Shown: piece after piece, positions 1 to 12,100 of the stretch
How positions within the stretch are numbered: position 1 is the first letter of the stretch
Layout: the number at the start of each line of letters is the position of its first letter
IMG/VR virus record: IMGVR_UViG_3300028043_000002
Span: 1 to 57,880 of that record
Strand: one strand, 5' to 3'
DNA from: a virus
Lineage: Duplodnaviria; Caudoviricetes
Length of the DNA stretch: 57,880 nucleotides
Position numbers and translations under genes: made by a program
The notes under the pieces: model-generated
Told to the model about the DNA's origin: nothing
The model's database searches: none
What the model saw: the letters and a program-made list of their open reading frames with translations, nothing else

Positions 1-2
1 GG

Positions 3-635
3 GGCGCTGGGGTCGGGAGCGGATTAGGGGGAGGAGGGGGAGGAGGGCTTGGAGGAGGGTTTGGCATCTTTGGGATTATACGATCCATATTTAGTATCAT
101 AATGATGCTCATAGGAATGTTTGGGAGAGGCAAGAAAAAAGAGCCCGAAAAGACTTCTTATCTAGTCTATCAATGGCAACCTGGAACTCCTTATTTAGGC
201 CCACGTGCAGGTCCAGGTGAAGAGAAGTACTTGAAAAGTCAAGCCGGCGGCACGGTGCCAGGATCTGGAAGTGGCGACATCATTCCTGCGATGCTAGAAC
301 CCGGAGAATTTGTAGTGAACAGGGGGACTGTTGAGATGTTCGGACCTCGGTTCTTCTATGAGCTACAAGCTCTGGCTAAATATGGAGTAAGTGGCTTCGG
401 GGGGCTAGGCGGGGCTATGAACACCTTGAAAATGTATGGGGGGCGCTCTCATTTTCAAGGAGGAGGCTTTGTGCCTTCGGGTGGAGCAGACGAGATGAAA
501 ATCACTGTGGTAAATGTTGTGGACGAAAAATCATTGGAAGAGTTTCTGAATACTAAGAAATATGGCAATGTAATTGTAAATCGTGTTGGTCCTAGGATTA
601 TTCGTAGAAGGAGTTCCGGAGGTTTTTATGCTTAA
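3..635 (+). CDS. Tape measure protein, C-terminal part (5' truncated by the window)
   Basis: Frame is open from position 3 (Gly-rich). It contains GGTVPGSGSGDIIPAMLEPGEFVVN, typical of tape measure C-termini, and lies upstream of tail-tip genes. Confidence 0.75.
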   Translation, partial: GAGVGSGLGGGGGGGLGGGFGIFGIIRSIFSIIMMLIGMFGRGKKKEPEKTSYLVYQWQPGTPYLGPRAGPGEEKYLKSQAGGTVPGSGSGDIIPAMLEPGEFVVNRGTVEMFGPRFFYELQALAKYGVSGFGGLGGAMNTLKMYGGRSHFQGGGFVPSGGADEMKITVVNVVDEKSLEEFLNTKKYGNVIVNRVGPRIIRRRSSGGFYA

Positions 636-846
636 TCGCCGAGTTTTGTTTAGGGTTGTGGTTTTCGCTCCCTTCCTGATCGCGGGGTTCCAGTCAGTTG
701 CTTGGCTTATTGGTCAAGCAACTTTAGGTGAAGTTCTTTTGTCCACCCAAGTCGGTATCTTAACTCTCGAGCTCCGGCGCTACTTATGGTCAGAAAGGGA
801 TTTACACGATGCGGGGACTATGCTATTTAGGAATCGTAAGCCGTGA
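628..846 (+). CDS. Small membrane protein
   Basis: ATG at 628 after GGAGG; hydrophobic segments; overlaps neighbouring genes. Confidence 0.5.
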   Translation: MLNRRVLFRVVVFAPFLIAGFQSVAWLIGQATLGEVLLSTQVGILTLELRRYLWSERDLHDAGTMLFRNRKP

Positions 847-1682
847 AAGTCTATCTTTACCGCTTCACTTCAACTATTAATAACTACTATGTCACCAACG
901 ACAACTACTCTCATCTTGTTGGTGGAATAACGTATGTGGCCACTGCAATTGACAGCAAGGAGATTGTTTTTGATTTAAAAGAGATTGTTGGGGAGGTTAA
1001 TCTTTCTATTCCCTGGACCCAAGCGGGATTTTTAAAGGACCACCTCCAAACTCCTTTCGACGCTCCAGTTCAGCTAGAAATATGGACTTACAATGTAAAC
1101 GCAGGTACTACTTTACCAACGTTTACAGGCTTTGTCAACTCCTGTAAAGTTAATCAAAATACTTTGGAGTTAGGGGTTCTTTCCTTTATTGAGCAAGCAA
1201 GGGATAATTTTCCACGCGCCATCGTCACTCGATGTTGTAATCGACGCCTTTATCATTTGGCGTGCACCGTAAACATCAACTCCTTTACTGACGCAGTAAC
1301 CTTACTCGATTGGGGAAATGAACGAACGAGACTCTACGTCAGTGGGGCCACCCAAGAAAAAAACTGGTATCGATTCGGCTACGTTGTTGCAGGCTACACT
1401 CAGCGACACATTGTCTGGGACGAAAATTTTCAATATGTTGTTAATGGCACTACAATCGATGCCCACCTCGTTGATATTCTCCATCCCTTCCCCGTTGAGT
1501 GGACCGTGAATATGTCTTTGAATCTAGTTGCGGGATGTGATAAGACCATGAGAACGTGCCACAACAAGTTTGGTGCTTTCCCTTGGAGTTATTTAGGGTT
1601 TCCCCACGCACCGTATGAAGCGATTCGGCTCACAGGGCTACGTTCAACTGAGGTTGAGGTTGAAGGAGGTGGTAAAAAGTGA
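843..1682 (+). CDS. Baseplate hub / tail tip protein, DUF2163-BR0599 family (gpL-like)
   Basis: C-terminal GCDKTMRTCHNKFG...YLGFPHAP plus an upstream CCNRRLYHLAC Cys cluster; located between the tape measure and NlpC genes. Confidence 0.85.
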   Translation: MKVYLYRFTSTINNYYVTNDNYSHLVGGITYVATAIDSKEIVFDLKEIVGEVNLSIPWTQAGFLKDHLQTPFDAPVQLEIWTYNVNAGTTLPTFTGFVNSCKVNQNTLELGVLSFIEQARDNFPRAIVTRCCNRRLYHLACTVNINSFTDAVTLLDWGNERTRLYVSGATQEKNWYRFGYVVAGYTQRHIVWDENFQYVVNGTTIDAHLVDILHPFPVEWTVNMSLNLVAGCDKTMRTCHNKFGAFPWSYLGFPHAPYEAIRLTGLRSTEVEVEGGGKK

Positions 1683-2110
1683 CGATAAAAGAACAATTTA
1701 TCACTGAAGCTCGGACATGGATTGGAACTCCCTACATGCGAGACGCGGGAGTCAAAAGGGGCGGTACGAATTGCAGCCGTTTTGTCCTAGCAGTCATTGA
1801 ACAGGTTTTAAAAGTAGATGGAAGTTTTTTGAGGGCGAAGCCTCACCCCCGCCTTTTCCAAGATAGTCCTGAAGCCGTCACTAGATTCCTTAGTTCTTTC
1901 TGTGTCCTTGTAGAAAAGGAGGATTTGCAAACGGGTGACATTGTGGTTGTTACTCTACGGGGGATTCCTTGCCAAACAGCCATTTATACGGGAGGGGAAA
2001 ATTTTATTTTTGTTACCCGTTTTTCGCATGTGATTGAGGCCCCCCTTCCACCAAATCTTTGGAAACGCGTGTCTCATGTGTTTCGTGCTAGAGTATTTGA
2101 GGAGGAGTAG
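1679..2110 (+). CDS. NlpC/P60-family tail assembly protein (possibly inactive)
   Basis: EARTWIGTPY...GTNCS...LQTGDIV motifs; the catalytic His position reads Q (CQTAIY). Confidence 0.8.
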   Translation: MTIKEQFITEARTWIGTPYMRDAGVKRGGTNCSRFVLAVIEQVLKVDGSFLRAKPHPRLFQDSPEAVTRFLSSFCVLVEKEDLQTGDIVVVTLRGIPCQTAIYTGGENFIFVTRFSHVIEAPLPPNLWKRVSHVFRARVFEEE

Positions 2111-2112
2111 GT

Positions 2113-2388
2113 ATGACAATTCTAGGTATTATTTCGTTGGTGCTGTTTGTCGCTCAAGTTGCGATCTACACAGTTGCAGCATTGATGTATAAGCCCCCGA
2201 GAGGGCAAAAACAAGACCCCACTTTTGTGGAATTTCGTTTGTCAGCTACAAAAATCGGAATGGGAATTCCTGCAACTTTTGGGCAAGTCCGTCTAGGTGG
2301 GAACCTTGTTGAGTGGGGAGATTGGCAGGTATGGCGACAATCGGAACATGCCCCAGGAGGTGGAGGAGGAGGCAAGGGGCTAAGCTAA
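2113..2388 (+). CDS. Tail assembly protein (N-terminal module of the tail-tip protein)
   Basis: N-terminal TM segment and GIPATFGQVRLGGNLVEWGD motif; ends in GGGGGKG. Confidence 0.7.
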   Translation: MTILGIISLVLFVAQVAIYTVAALMYKPPRGQKQDPTFVEFRLSATKIGMGIPATFGQVRLGGNLVEWGDWQVWRQSEHAPGGGGGGKGLS

Positions 2389-2415
2389 TATCCAAAAAGA
2401 GTTTGGAGGTTGTAG

Positions 2416-5400
2416 ATGGGGGGAGGTAAAGGAGGCGCTCCCGATGTTCATATTATAACGTATACTTATAACGTACGTTCAGCTATCGTTTTTGCTTGGG
2501 GTCCCATCGATGTTTTCCTGAGACTTGATCTTAACAGCGATTTTACAATACATAATAAGTATCGTGCCTCGGCCGCAGGGCTTGTACACGAAATGCTCAA
2601 TGATGGAGTATGGACCCTTCCTACAGGGTCGGCTTATGCGCCCATTCCTATCGCGAGCGACTATTTTAGCCTCAGCACAGGAGGACCTATATGGGCTGGA
2701 AATATTTATTTTGGCACCAGTACTCAACCTGTAGACAATGGATTAAACACTTACATGGGGCACTCAGAATGGACCCCCGCATATCGAGATACTGCTTATC
2801 TTGCCGCGCAATGGAACTTAGGCTCTAATCCCTCAGTTCCGGCAGTTTCTTTTACTTTCGCGAGATACTATGCACCCTGTAACCTAATCTTGAGAAACGT
2901 CATCGATGACCCCGACGGGGGGCGCGGAATCAATCCTGCGCAGGCTCTTTACGATATACTCACCAACCAAAATTACGGTTTTGGTTTAGACGTTGAATTG
3001 TTGGCTGTTGAGTCGTTTGTCGAGGTCGGCGAGACTCTGTATCTTGAGGGTCTCGGGTTGGGTCACGCTATTGTAGGTGGTGAAATTTTTAATTCTGTAA
3101 GGACAATGCTTGATTGGATCGACGGTGAACTTGTGTACGTGAGAGGCAAAATTTTCCTTAAGTTGCGCCGCTTCGATTACATCATTGCGAATTTGCCGCT
3201 GATTACTGACGTTGATATTAAAGCTCGTTCTTTCGTCTTTACTCGTCCGTCATGGTATGCCACGAAAAACGTAGTTTATGTAAATTTTAACGACATTCAT
3301 CGCGAGCACGACCAAAACACTGTTTATGCTGAGAACCTCGCAAACCAGAATCTATCTGGCACGGTACGCGTACAGGAGTTTAACTTTGACGTGCACACTA
3401 ACGTGGTAACCGCCCAGAAAGTTTGTAACCGGCTTCTCCATCGCCAGTCTTATCCATGGACAGTTGTTGAATTTGAGTGCTTCACAGCTGGCGATGTCTT
3501 AGAAGTTTATGAGTGTTTTCGGCTCAAACATGATTATTACAATTTATCAGGCGTTTTTCGAGTCGTTGAAAAGGTCAAGCAGGGGCCTAATGTGTGGAAG
3601 ATCCAAGCCATTGAAGACCTTCACGCCCCTGAAACTGCTTTTGTGGGGTTTGAATTTGAAGTTGATCACCCACAATATTGGGATCCAGGTAACGTTGAAT
3701 GGGACGTCAGATTTTATGAGAGCTATTATAGAGGTTTGCTAGCTCTTCCCTACTCACTAACGCCCATTACTTTTCGTGCAGGTGCATCTTTTAACTGGAA
3801 CTTGATCAATAATAAACCTGGCATGGAGTGGTATGAAGTGCCCCCTCTTGACGCCGTTTTGTATCAAATAGATCTTGATGGAGACGGTGTTTATGACTGG
3901 GCTGATGAAACCCTATATGCCTGTATTGGCACAGTTTCACCCCTTAATGGGCCCGCGATTTCCGGGATGGATTTTATAATGGAGCCTGATTTCCATTATC
4001 GATGGGATGTTACTGCAGTTAAAACAATTCTTGTGGGCGATGAAATGATGAAGGTTGCCAGCATTGAACCTTATGAGGAAGACACTACTAAGTGGCTTGT
4101 TACAATTGAAGAGCGTTATATTGAGTCATCACCAAAGGCTTACTGGACATTTCTCGATCCCCCTGCGTCACCGCCTGCAAATTCCCGAGTTTTTAACCCC
4201 GACTGTCGAGCCCTAAACACCGAGATTCCACGACTTTACACTGGGACCTATGATTTCCATATGACTCCTCACTACCTTTTACCTAGACCCCACTACGATA
4301 GTGACGGCATAAAAATAAAGCGGCAGTCGTTTTTCGAGTTAATTAAACGGCCAATGGATGTCTATCGCGGGGGTCTTGTTTGGAATCCTAATGTTTGGGA
4401 AACGACTCACACTCATTACATTTACTACGCGTCACGAGAGCAACCAATTCCAATACCATGTGCTCCGCTATCCAAATATCCTCAAGCAGATATTAAATTT
4501 TGTCCTTACGCATCTATGACTCCTTATTCAGCTAGTTGTAACTATGATCAAGACTGGATTGATCAAGCTCATACCGACAAGCGAACTGGAACAAAAGGCT
4601 ATTTTTGGGCTTGGGATGGATATTACGAACGTGATGGTGAACCGTTTATTTGTGACGCACATATTAGTGAACCTTATGACCCCTTTGGAGTATGGTCAAA
4701 CGACGCCTGGGCTTTTGAATCAAACACGGCAAACGTTGCGTACTGCCAGACATGTGGTAGCGAAACCGAAAATTACTTAAGTGGGCGGGGGGTAAGCATC
4801 GGCTCACTCTCCTCGTTTGAGGGCGGCGTTACAGAAGTTAAGGCTAGAATCTACGGCGTTAGCTCGCAGTCTGGAATTACATATAGCAGCATAGCAGCAA
4901 AGGTTACGTCGGCGGGTGGCGTTTCGGTTTTAGGCACCCTCAATTGGTCCGTTAATTCCCTTTTCGATTTTGACAATGTGCCCTATAGCGATGCCTCAAA
5001 TGAGGGATTCGGGCCTTACACTACGTTGGCCGTACCGCTTGGGGGGTGGACTTTATCAAATATTCAAAACCTTGGTGTTAAGGCTTGGATTCAGGGTTCA
5101 GAGGGGCAAACAGTTGGGGTCGAAGCCGGAATTGGCCAAATTGAAGTTTTTGTGTGCAATGATTGGTATCGTAATCCCCACCTCGGAATTGTGGGTGATG
5201 CAATTTGGGTGGTGGATTTGGATGTTGAACAAGGTGACAACGTGTGGGCTTGGACAACTTCAGACTTAACCACCCGTGGTATGACATTTGGCTATAGGTA
5301 TGTATGGTCACCCCAGGGCGCAGTTGATGGGCTGCCAGGGATTTGGACTGATTTAAAATCGGGAGCTACCTACTTACAGGACAACTACGTTTGGTATGAT

Positions 5401-5502
5401 GCAGGGTGGCACATCTTACAATATACTCATATCGATACTTGGCCACACGGATTCTCATACGATTACAAAGCCGTATACGCAAAAGATACGCCTGGGGGTT
5501 AA
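2416..5502 (+). CDS. Central tail tip / host specificity protein (Phage-tail_3/gpJ-like)
   Basis: MGGGKGG start; PAYRDTAY and INPAQALYDILTN..YGFG motifs; 1028 aa in the tail module. Confidence 0.8.
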   Translation: MGGGKGGAPDVHIITYTYNVRSAIVFAWGPIDVFLRLDLNSDFTIHNKYRASAAGLVHEMLNDGVWTLPTGSAYAPIPIASDYFSLSTGGPIWAGNIYFGTSTQPVDNGLNTYMGHSEWTPAYRDTAYLAAQWNLGSNPSVPAVSFTFARYYAPCNLILRNVIDDPDGGRGINPAQALYDILTNQNYGFGLDVELLAVESFVEVGETLYLEGLGLGHAIVGGEIFNSVRTMLDWIDGELVYVRGKIFLKLRRFDYIIANLPLITDVDIKARSFVFTRPSWYATKNVVYVNFNDIHREHDQNTVYAENLANQNLSGTVRVQEFNFDVHTNVVTAQKVCNRLLHRQSYPWTVVEFECFTAGDVLEVYECFRLKHDYYNLSGVFRVVEKVKQGPNVWKIQAIEDLHAPETAFVGFEFEVDHPQYWDPGNVEWDVRFYESYYRGLLALPYSLTPITFRAGASFNWNLINNKPGMEWYEVPPLDAVLYQIDLDGDGVYDWADETLYACIGTVSPLNGPAISGMDFIMEPDFHYRWDVTAVKTILVGDEMMKVASIEPYEEDTTKWLVTIEERYIESSPKAYWTFLDPPASPPANSRVFNPDCRALNTEIPRLYTGTYDFHMTPHYLLPRPHYDSDGIKIKRQSFFELIKRPMDVYRGGLVWNPNVWETTHTHYIYYASREQPIPIPCAPLSKYPQADIKFCPYASMTPYSASCNYDQDWIDQAHTDKRTGTKGYFWAWDGYYERDGEPFICDAHISEPYDPFGVWSNDAWAFESNTANVAYCQTCGSETENYLSGRGVSIGSLSSFEGGVTEVKARIYGVSSQSGITYSSIAAKVTSAGGVSVLGTLNWSVNSLFDFDNVPYSDASNEGFGPYTTLAVPLGGWTLSNIQNLGVKAWIQGSEGQTVGVEAGIGQIEVFVCNDWYRNPHLGIVGDAIWVVDLDVEQGDNVWAWTTSDLTTRGMTFGYRYVWSPQGAVDGLPGIWTDLKSGATYLQDNYVWYDAGWHILQYTHIDTWPHGFSYDYKAVYAKDTPGG

Positions 5503-5505
5503 CTG

Positions 5506-6045
5506 ATGCCTTACAATTTACCCAATTTTGACGTCCAACGAATTTCTATAGGTCCGGCGATAATTTATGTTGGTGCCGCTGGGCAAACGCCAACCATCGA
5601 CCTCGGTGCAGTTTATGAGGCTGATTTGAAGATCACTGCAGAGGATGCTAAATTTTTTGCAGGATCCCCTGCAGGCTTACAGTGGCGACAAACTAAGAAA
5701 GTTGAGGCTACTTTAACAGTAAAGGGTCTCGAGTGGAATCTTTCAACTTGGCAAAAAACTTTAGGAGGTTATTTTGGAGAGGAGGGTAACGTTGAAACGC
5801 TTTATGCTACAGGTGACATTGTCGACTCAATGTCGTTACGAGCAGTCCACCAAACTCCGTCTGGTGGTACAATTATAATTGACTTTTTTAAGGCCCTACC
5901 TTCAAGTGCCCCTGAAGTTACTTTTGGGTTCTCTCCCCACCAAATTCCTTTCACTTTTTCGGCGGTAGTTGCTAAGTACGATTTTGCTGGCAACGCCCTT
6001 CCTGCTAATACAATGTTCAAGATTGTCTTCCAGAAACCTGCCTAA
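5506..6045 (+). CDS. Tail tube-like protein
   Basis: ISIGPAIIYVG...DLGA...ATLTVKGLEWN pattern and size resemble siphovirus tube proteins. Confidence 0.55.
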   Translation: MPYNLPNFDVQRISIGPAIIYVGAAGQTPTIDLGAVYEADLKITAEDAKFFAGSPAGLQWRQTKKVEATLTVKGLEWNLSTWQKTLGGYFGEEGNVETLYATGDIVDSMSLRAVHQTPSGGTIIIDFFKALPSSAPEVTFGFSPHQIPFTFSAVVAKYDFAGNALPANTMFKIVFQKPA

Positions 6046-6118
6046 CCCTGTCTTTCCCGTAAGTAAGGCGTGCACCGGAGACAAATTTTCAATAGATGTG
6101 AAATTTGGACTCCAATAA

Positions 6119-9100
6119 ATGGGTGATTCTTTAAAGTATTGGTCTCGAGGCAAACCTCTTCTCAAGCCATCTCTTAACACTTCAGGGCTGCTCTATTGGA
6201 ATAGGGGCACCCCTTTCACGGTCTTGCCTATGTCCTCGGGAGGGGTCGAGGTTTCTCTTGAGACTATCAGTGCCTCTCTCTCCGCTCAAGAACCAACAAT
6301 ACTGGCGTATGCAGGTGCAGTAGTCTCTATTGATGCTGCACTTCAAGTTTCCTGCAGCTTAGAAAGTCCTAACGTCTTTTTCGGTCAAGTCTTTGCGGTT
6401 GAAGGGCTCACAATTTCAGGCACTTTACAAGCGCCCACCGTCGGAGTGTTCGCTTCCTGCCTCCCAGAATCGTTAACAGTAAATATGAGCTTGTTAGGAG
6501 CTGCGGTTCAAGGCGGTGCAACTGCAACTGCAAGTGGCCTTACTATATCGTGCTCACTACTTAATCCTGCTCTCGAATATGACTTCATGGTCAGCATGCC
6601 ACCGGGATTGACAATTAGTGCAAACCAACCCTCACTTAACATTAACCTAGACTTACAGTTTGAAGTTTGGGGACTTAATCTTAGCGCTTCGCAGCCTGCC
6701 CCCGAGATTCACCCTGGCATGAGCATCACTCAAGTTGGACCTGTTACAGGTGTCTTCTCCCTTCCTACACCCTCAGTTGCTGGTGAACTCGAAACAATTT
6801 TTACAACTGTCGGCGTAACCGTCAGTTCAAATATGGTGGGCAATGCCTTGTATCGCGTTTGGGAGGATGGCACAACTCCCCAAGCTAGTGGCTGGGTCTT
6901 CCAAGATCCCCGACTTGTTGACCCCTCACGTTACAATAATCTTCTTGATCAGTGGGCTAACTGCGATTTAGTTACTGATTACCCTCCAGATACAACGATG
7001 CTTTTAATCCAAGTTACTAACACTGCGAGCAATAAGGACTACACTTTTGGTTTAAGGGCAGATGCCTGTTCTGAAACGAGAACGGCAACCGTTTACCGTA
7101 ACACCTCAGAGTGGCTTCTTGTGCCGGTGGAATTTTACAACGGAACGTTAATTTTTGAGGTTTATGTTGACCATGCAAGTTTAAGTTTTTATGTGGTTGG
7201 ACGTTGTCGTTATACGAATTGGCCTGGCCCTGATGGTTCAACCTACAGCGCAGATAAATCACTTTCAACGACGGGCAGTTATCAGCCTATCAATCTTTCT
7301 TGGCGCAACGATGCTCAACCAAACTATAAGTGGCTAATTTCGAACCCCTCTGCTAAAGCTGCATTACTTGCGGTGAATAACACTGGCAACTCCAGTTATC
7401 AGTATGCTGTAAGGAGACCAGATTTTAGCTACGATTACTATTACGATATTTACCAAAACACCTGTCAACTTGCAGTGGTTGGTTTGTCAACCAACCACAG
7501 TTTTGACATGAAAATTGAAAACGCCAATGTTGACTGCTACTATATTGGGCAAGGAGGTTCCGACTTTCGAATTTTAAGTTCAGGTCCTCAATTGTTGCCC
7601 GCCACGATTACCTATAGTGCCTGGGTTGATTTTGATATTTCTACCTATATCGAATCTGGGTCGCCCCCTGTTGTCGGCGCAATTCTACAAGTGTACAACA
7701 GTTCGGGAAGCTCTGTAAAATACAACGCCAGGAAGAACAGTTCCACAACCGCAATAACAAGTCCCATTGACTTTTATGCTGGCTGCCAAAAGTTCATAAT
7801 GGTGGGAGTAGATAGCAACAAAATCTTTGAAATTTATCAATCAGCTACCGGCATAAATGCATATCTCGTTGGCTACATCACCGCACCAGTTTTCGCGCCA
7901 GGATATTTTTTGCTTGAGTGTACTCAGGGGGTTCCCTCCCCTCAGCCCGTACCTCCAGGAACTGGGTGGGTGTTCCCAAAGACCCCAATTCCTAACGCAG
8001 GCTTAGCTCGGACACAGCGGTTTTGTTCATATACCGAAAGACGGGACCTCTCTGGCTGGCAGGATGGCTATAACTGGTTTGAGTACAGACCGGTTCGTGC
8101 ACAAAAGGTTTCCCGAAATTGTAAGAGCTTGATTACCAAGTGGTCGGGGCCTGATGAGGAAGGAACCCAACAAGCGGGCCACCGCCCTATAGATGGATCT
8201 GACGATTTTGTAAGCGGCGGTTTAAATTGTGCAAACGTTCAGTACACCCCGCTAAACGCAGATGGAAAGTGTGAGTACTCTGATGCAGAAACTTGGGGAC
8301 CACAGATTCATCCGGGACATTGGATTCTTTGCTATCAGCAAAACAATGATTATGGATTGCAAACATATGTAGAAAAATCTAACACTGCGACGGGGTGGCA
8401 AACAAAGACAGCTTCCGAGGTGGCGGATGGAGCTGACACAGCTTTTCTCATGTTCCGTAATATCGCGCCCGCAACGACCTGGTGTGCGTATTTTGCGGAA
8501 CATGCTGACTGCACCGAATACTTGGGACCTTTCTATGGAGTCCAAAGCTGCGCGTGGATGTGGGTAACAGGCATTAACCCTTCCAAGCAGTACGATCAAT
8601 TTGTCAGCGACCTAATGATGGATACCTACCTACAGGGGTATGGTAAAGGAGATGTGCACGCCTTTGCGGGAACTGCGACAGATCCCCGATACGAGCTGGC
8701 GATCACCACAGTAAACATTGACACATGGAAAACTTACTCTGCAGATGGAATAGTTCCTGATGGTGCAAGTGGGCTTCTCTTATATGCAAGATATGATGAT
8801 GACTACTACGGACGTTTTAGGGTTCGGATTGATGAAGAAGACGTGAGTCCTCCCAAGTATGGATGTTATGGTGGGATAGGACATCAGCTGGCTGTAGGCT
8901 TAGATTATAACATGGAATTTCAGGTGTTCATAGATTCTGCGTTTTATATCACAGGTGAAATTTATGTTATGGGTTATTTTATGGGGAGCAAAAGAGCAAC
9001 CCTCTGGACAAATCCACAACCTTTGCAGTTAGGCGTCTTCCCACCTTCTCCTATTGAGGTCCAACAAAGTGAAACCCTGTCGTGGGATGGCTGGGTGTTT

Positions 9101-12100
9101 CCTACAAACCCCATTAACATTACTGCCGGATTGACGATTACGAATGTTTGGGCAACGTTTGACTTAGGAACAAACAATTTTGTTCCTGTGAATACAACTG
9201 CAATTATTTTTTACATGGATCACTTGACAACCCACGAAGAAATTAGGGTCGTACGTCCTACCGGATCAACTTACAACACCCTTTGCAAAACTGACTACGT
9301 GGACTTTTTCCCAAATTTGGTGAAACTGGATTCAAATAGATGCTTTCAAGCCTACGTGGAAAACCTTTCACACCAAAATTTCTACGTCGTTGCCTACACA
9401 AATCGTCCTGTCAATACGGTTGACCCGTGGCAAACCGAGTATATCGCTTACAACCCTGGGAGGGTTTTGGAGGTCGATACATCATCGTACACATCTAGTA
9501 GTGCAAAGTTTCTCGTTCTTGACGTCATGGTCATGACAGCAGGGACTATTTTTGGATCTTGCCTCCCCAACGAGGTTATATCGTGGAGCTCCGCTTTTAC
9601 AAACTATCCGGGGTGGCAAGGCACCTTTGGAGGAGTTACGGGCCAATCGTATCATGCCAATGTTTTCGCCCCCTCTGAAGGAGGTAAATTTGAGGCTTAC
9701 ATTGGACTGGGAGCAGGGACGACTTTTAACGTTTTATATTGGCTCGACAACGAAAAATTTTATGCGTTTAGGACCCCCCCTGCGATTACAGCACCCAAAT
9801 TTAATGGTTGGCAAGATGTTGACGTGAGCCAGTGGCTACCTGGAGATGCTACTGGAGTACTTTTGGAAAGCTCCTACTTTGGGCCAAATGCCGAATTCAG
9901 AAAAAACGGCGCAACCGCAAGTTACTTTGACTACAACTCCTCGCCTCAAGTTGTGGTAGGTGTTGATCGGTATGGAATTTTTGAATATAACAACAAGAAT
10001 TCTGCTAATGTTCCTCATTTTTACCTTTTAGGGTATTTTCGTGGTTATACAGCTGGTGGGGTTGATGCCTTCGCAGATTATCTTACCCTCCAAGCGAGCC
10101 TCCCTGCACTAACGATCAACACTGTCACAAAAGTGTATGCCGAGTGGCCTGGGGTGCAAATCTCAATTCCAAGTGCAAGTGTTAGGTATGGAGTGTCGCA
10201 CGACCCCAATATTGTAACTGCACACCTCCAAAACCTTGAGCCCGATATTATATTAGAAACTCTTCTTGAACCGGCGGCTTTTACCCTCAATATTTCGTTG
10301 TACGATCCCCTAATTTTTGAGGGGATGGTCACACAAGATCTTGCCTTGGCCGTTCTTGATCCTTTAGTTGAGGAGGGGGTGGGAGTTGATGTTGCAGCCC
10401 TTACTTTGAACTTAAGCATGTTGGACGCAACCATCTTCCAGGCTATTCCAGTTGATTTGCAGTTAGCGACCCTTTTAATCCAAGAGCCCCTCATAGTAAT
10501 TCCCAAACTTTACGAGATTCCTGACGCCCTTCAGGTGACTTCTTCACTAGAAACGCCCAATGTTTATGGTAAAGCGGTTGAGACTCCTAGCGTTCTAGAT
10601 TTTACGCTTACATTACCTCAACCGTATTTGCCCGATCAAATAATCGGGTTATCTTGCTTTGAGAACTCTCTAAATTTACAGGCTCCTGACATTATGGCAG
10701 ATGCAATTTTTGAAGTTGTTGGGTTAACAGTTAATTCGACCCTTTACACACCCAATGTTGCCATTATTTTCCCTATGTCGTCAGCTCTTACAGTAAGTTC
10801 AAGTTTGCAGTCCCCTACAACTTACACTGAAGCATCGTCGTGGGTCTTCCCAACAACGTGGACTCCTTTGATAGGTTCATGGAGCTGGACAGAGTGGAAC
10901 GACGTGCAACTGGGTTCATCCTTCGAAAACGTTAAAGGGGTTATTCTGCACGCAAGAAACTCATCCTCATTGGAGCATACGCTCACTTTCAGGCGCACCT
11001 TTTCTTCTGCGGCGCGCCAAGCAACTTCACAAATTCAACCTGGAACTCACCTCTGGTATTTCGTACCAGTTGACTCCAATCGAAAGTTTGACATGTATTG
11101 TTCAAGTCAAGATATTGGGCCCAATGAGGACATTGACATTCGAATTGTTGGATACTGTTTTTCTAATATTTTTCTTGCCGACGACATTGACAAGTCAGTC
11201 TCTACTGCAGGGACTTATCAAACCGTCACTTTCGACGACTCCGGCATTTTAGCTGACGCAACTGGAGTGTTTCTCGAACTGCACAATTCTGGGACTTCTG
11301 GAGTCAATCAGTGGGCAATTCGTAAATTCGGAACTACATATGACAGCTATTACCGCGGCCAGGGGCATAACGCTCAAATGATTGTTGCACCTGTCGACTC
11401 ACAACGACGTAGTGAGATGAAAGTTTCAAGCACCGACATTGACATCTGGGCTTGGGGTAGTCTTGCCACCGACTGCAGTTTTTTCAGTAGTCCCATTGCG
11501 TTAAACTTGTCAAACACCTCAACTTGGACTGATGTAGATGTTAGCTCCTATGTACCCTCGGATACCATTGCGGTGCTACTTGAACTGATTAATTCCTCAA
11601 CTGATAGCGTAACCATGCACGTAAGGAAAAAAGGTAGTGCTGATTTTTCTTCAGACACTAGCGCTTTACAAATTCCACCCTCTAATCACATTCACGCGTT
11701 TGTGGGTTTAAATAGTTCGAAAGTTTTCCAAATTATTAGGCCGTCAACTGCGTATACCATTTATCTTCTAGGCTACGTCTTAGGGGGCTCCAGACAGTAC
11801 TTACCCATGCCTCTTGAATTGGGCTTTTCGCAGCCAGTGCTTAGTTTCGTGGGCCCGCCAAGCTTGACTGTGATGGTTGATACTAACTACGTTTCCTTCT
11901 ACGGAGCTGGAGTTACTTCAGGGATTTCACGCACGTTAGACGCTGCCTACCCTCCAGTAGATCCCACAATTTATGTAGAGTACATCGGTGCAGATACCGC
12001 GGTGCTTCATTCATTCGGTGCAGGATCAGACTTTTCGGAGGGGGGCGATACTTTTGCCTGCGAGATTACCTATAGCTTTTCCAGTGATGTAGCCGTCACC

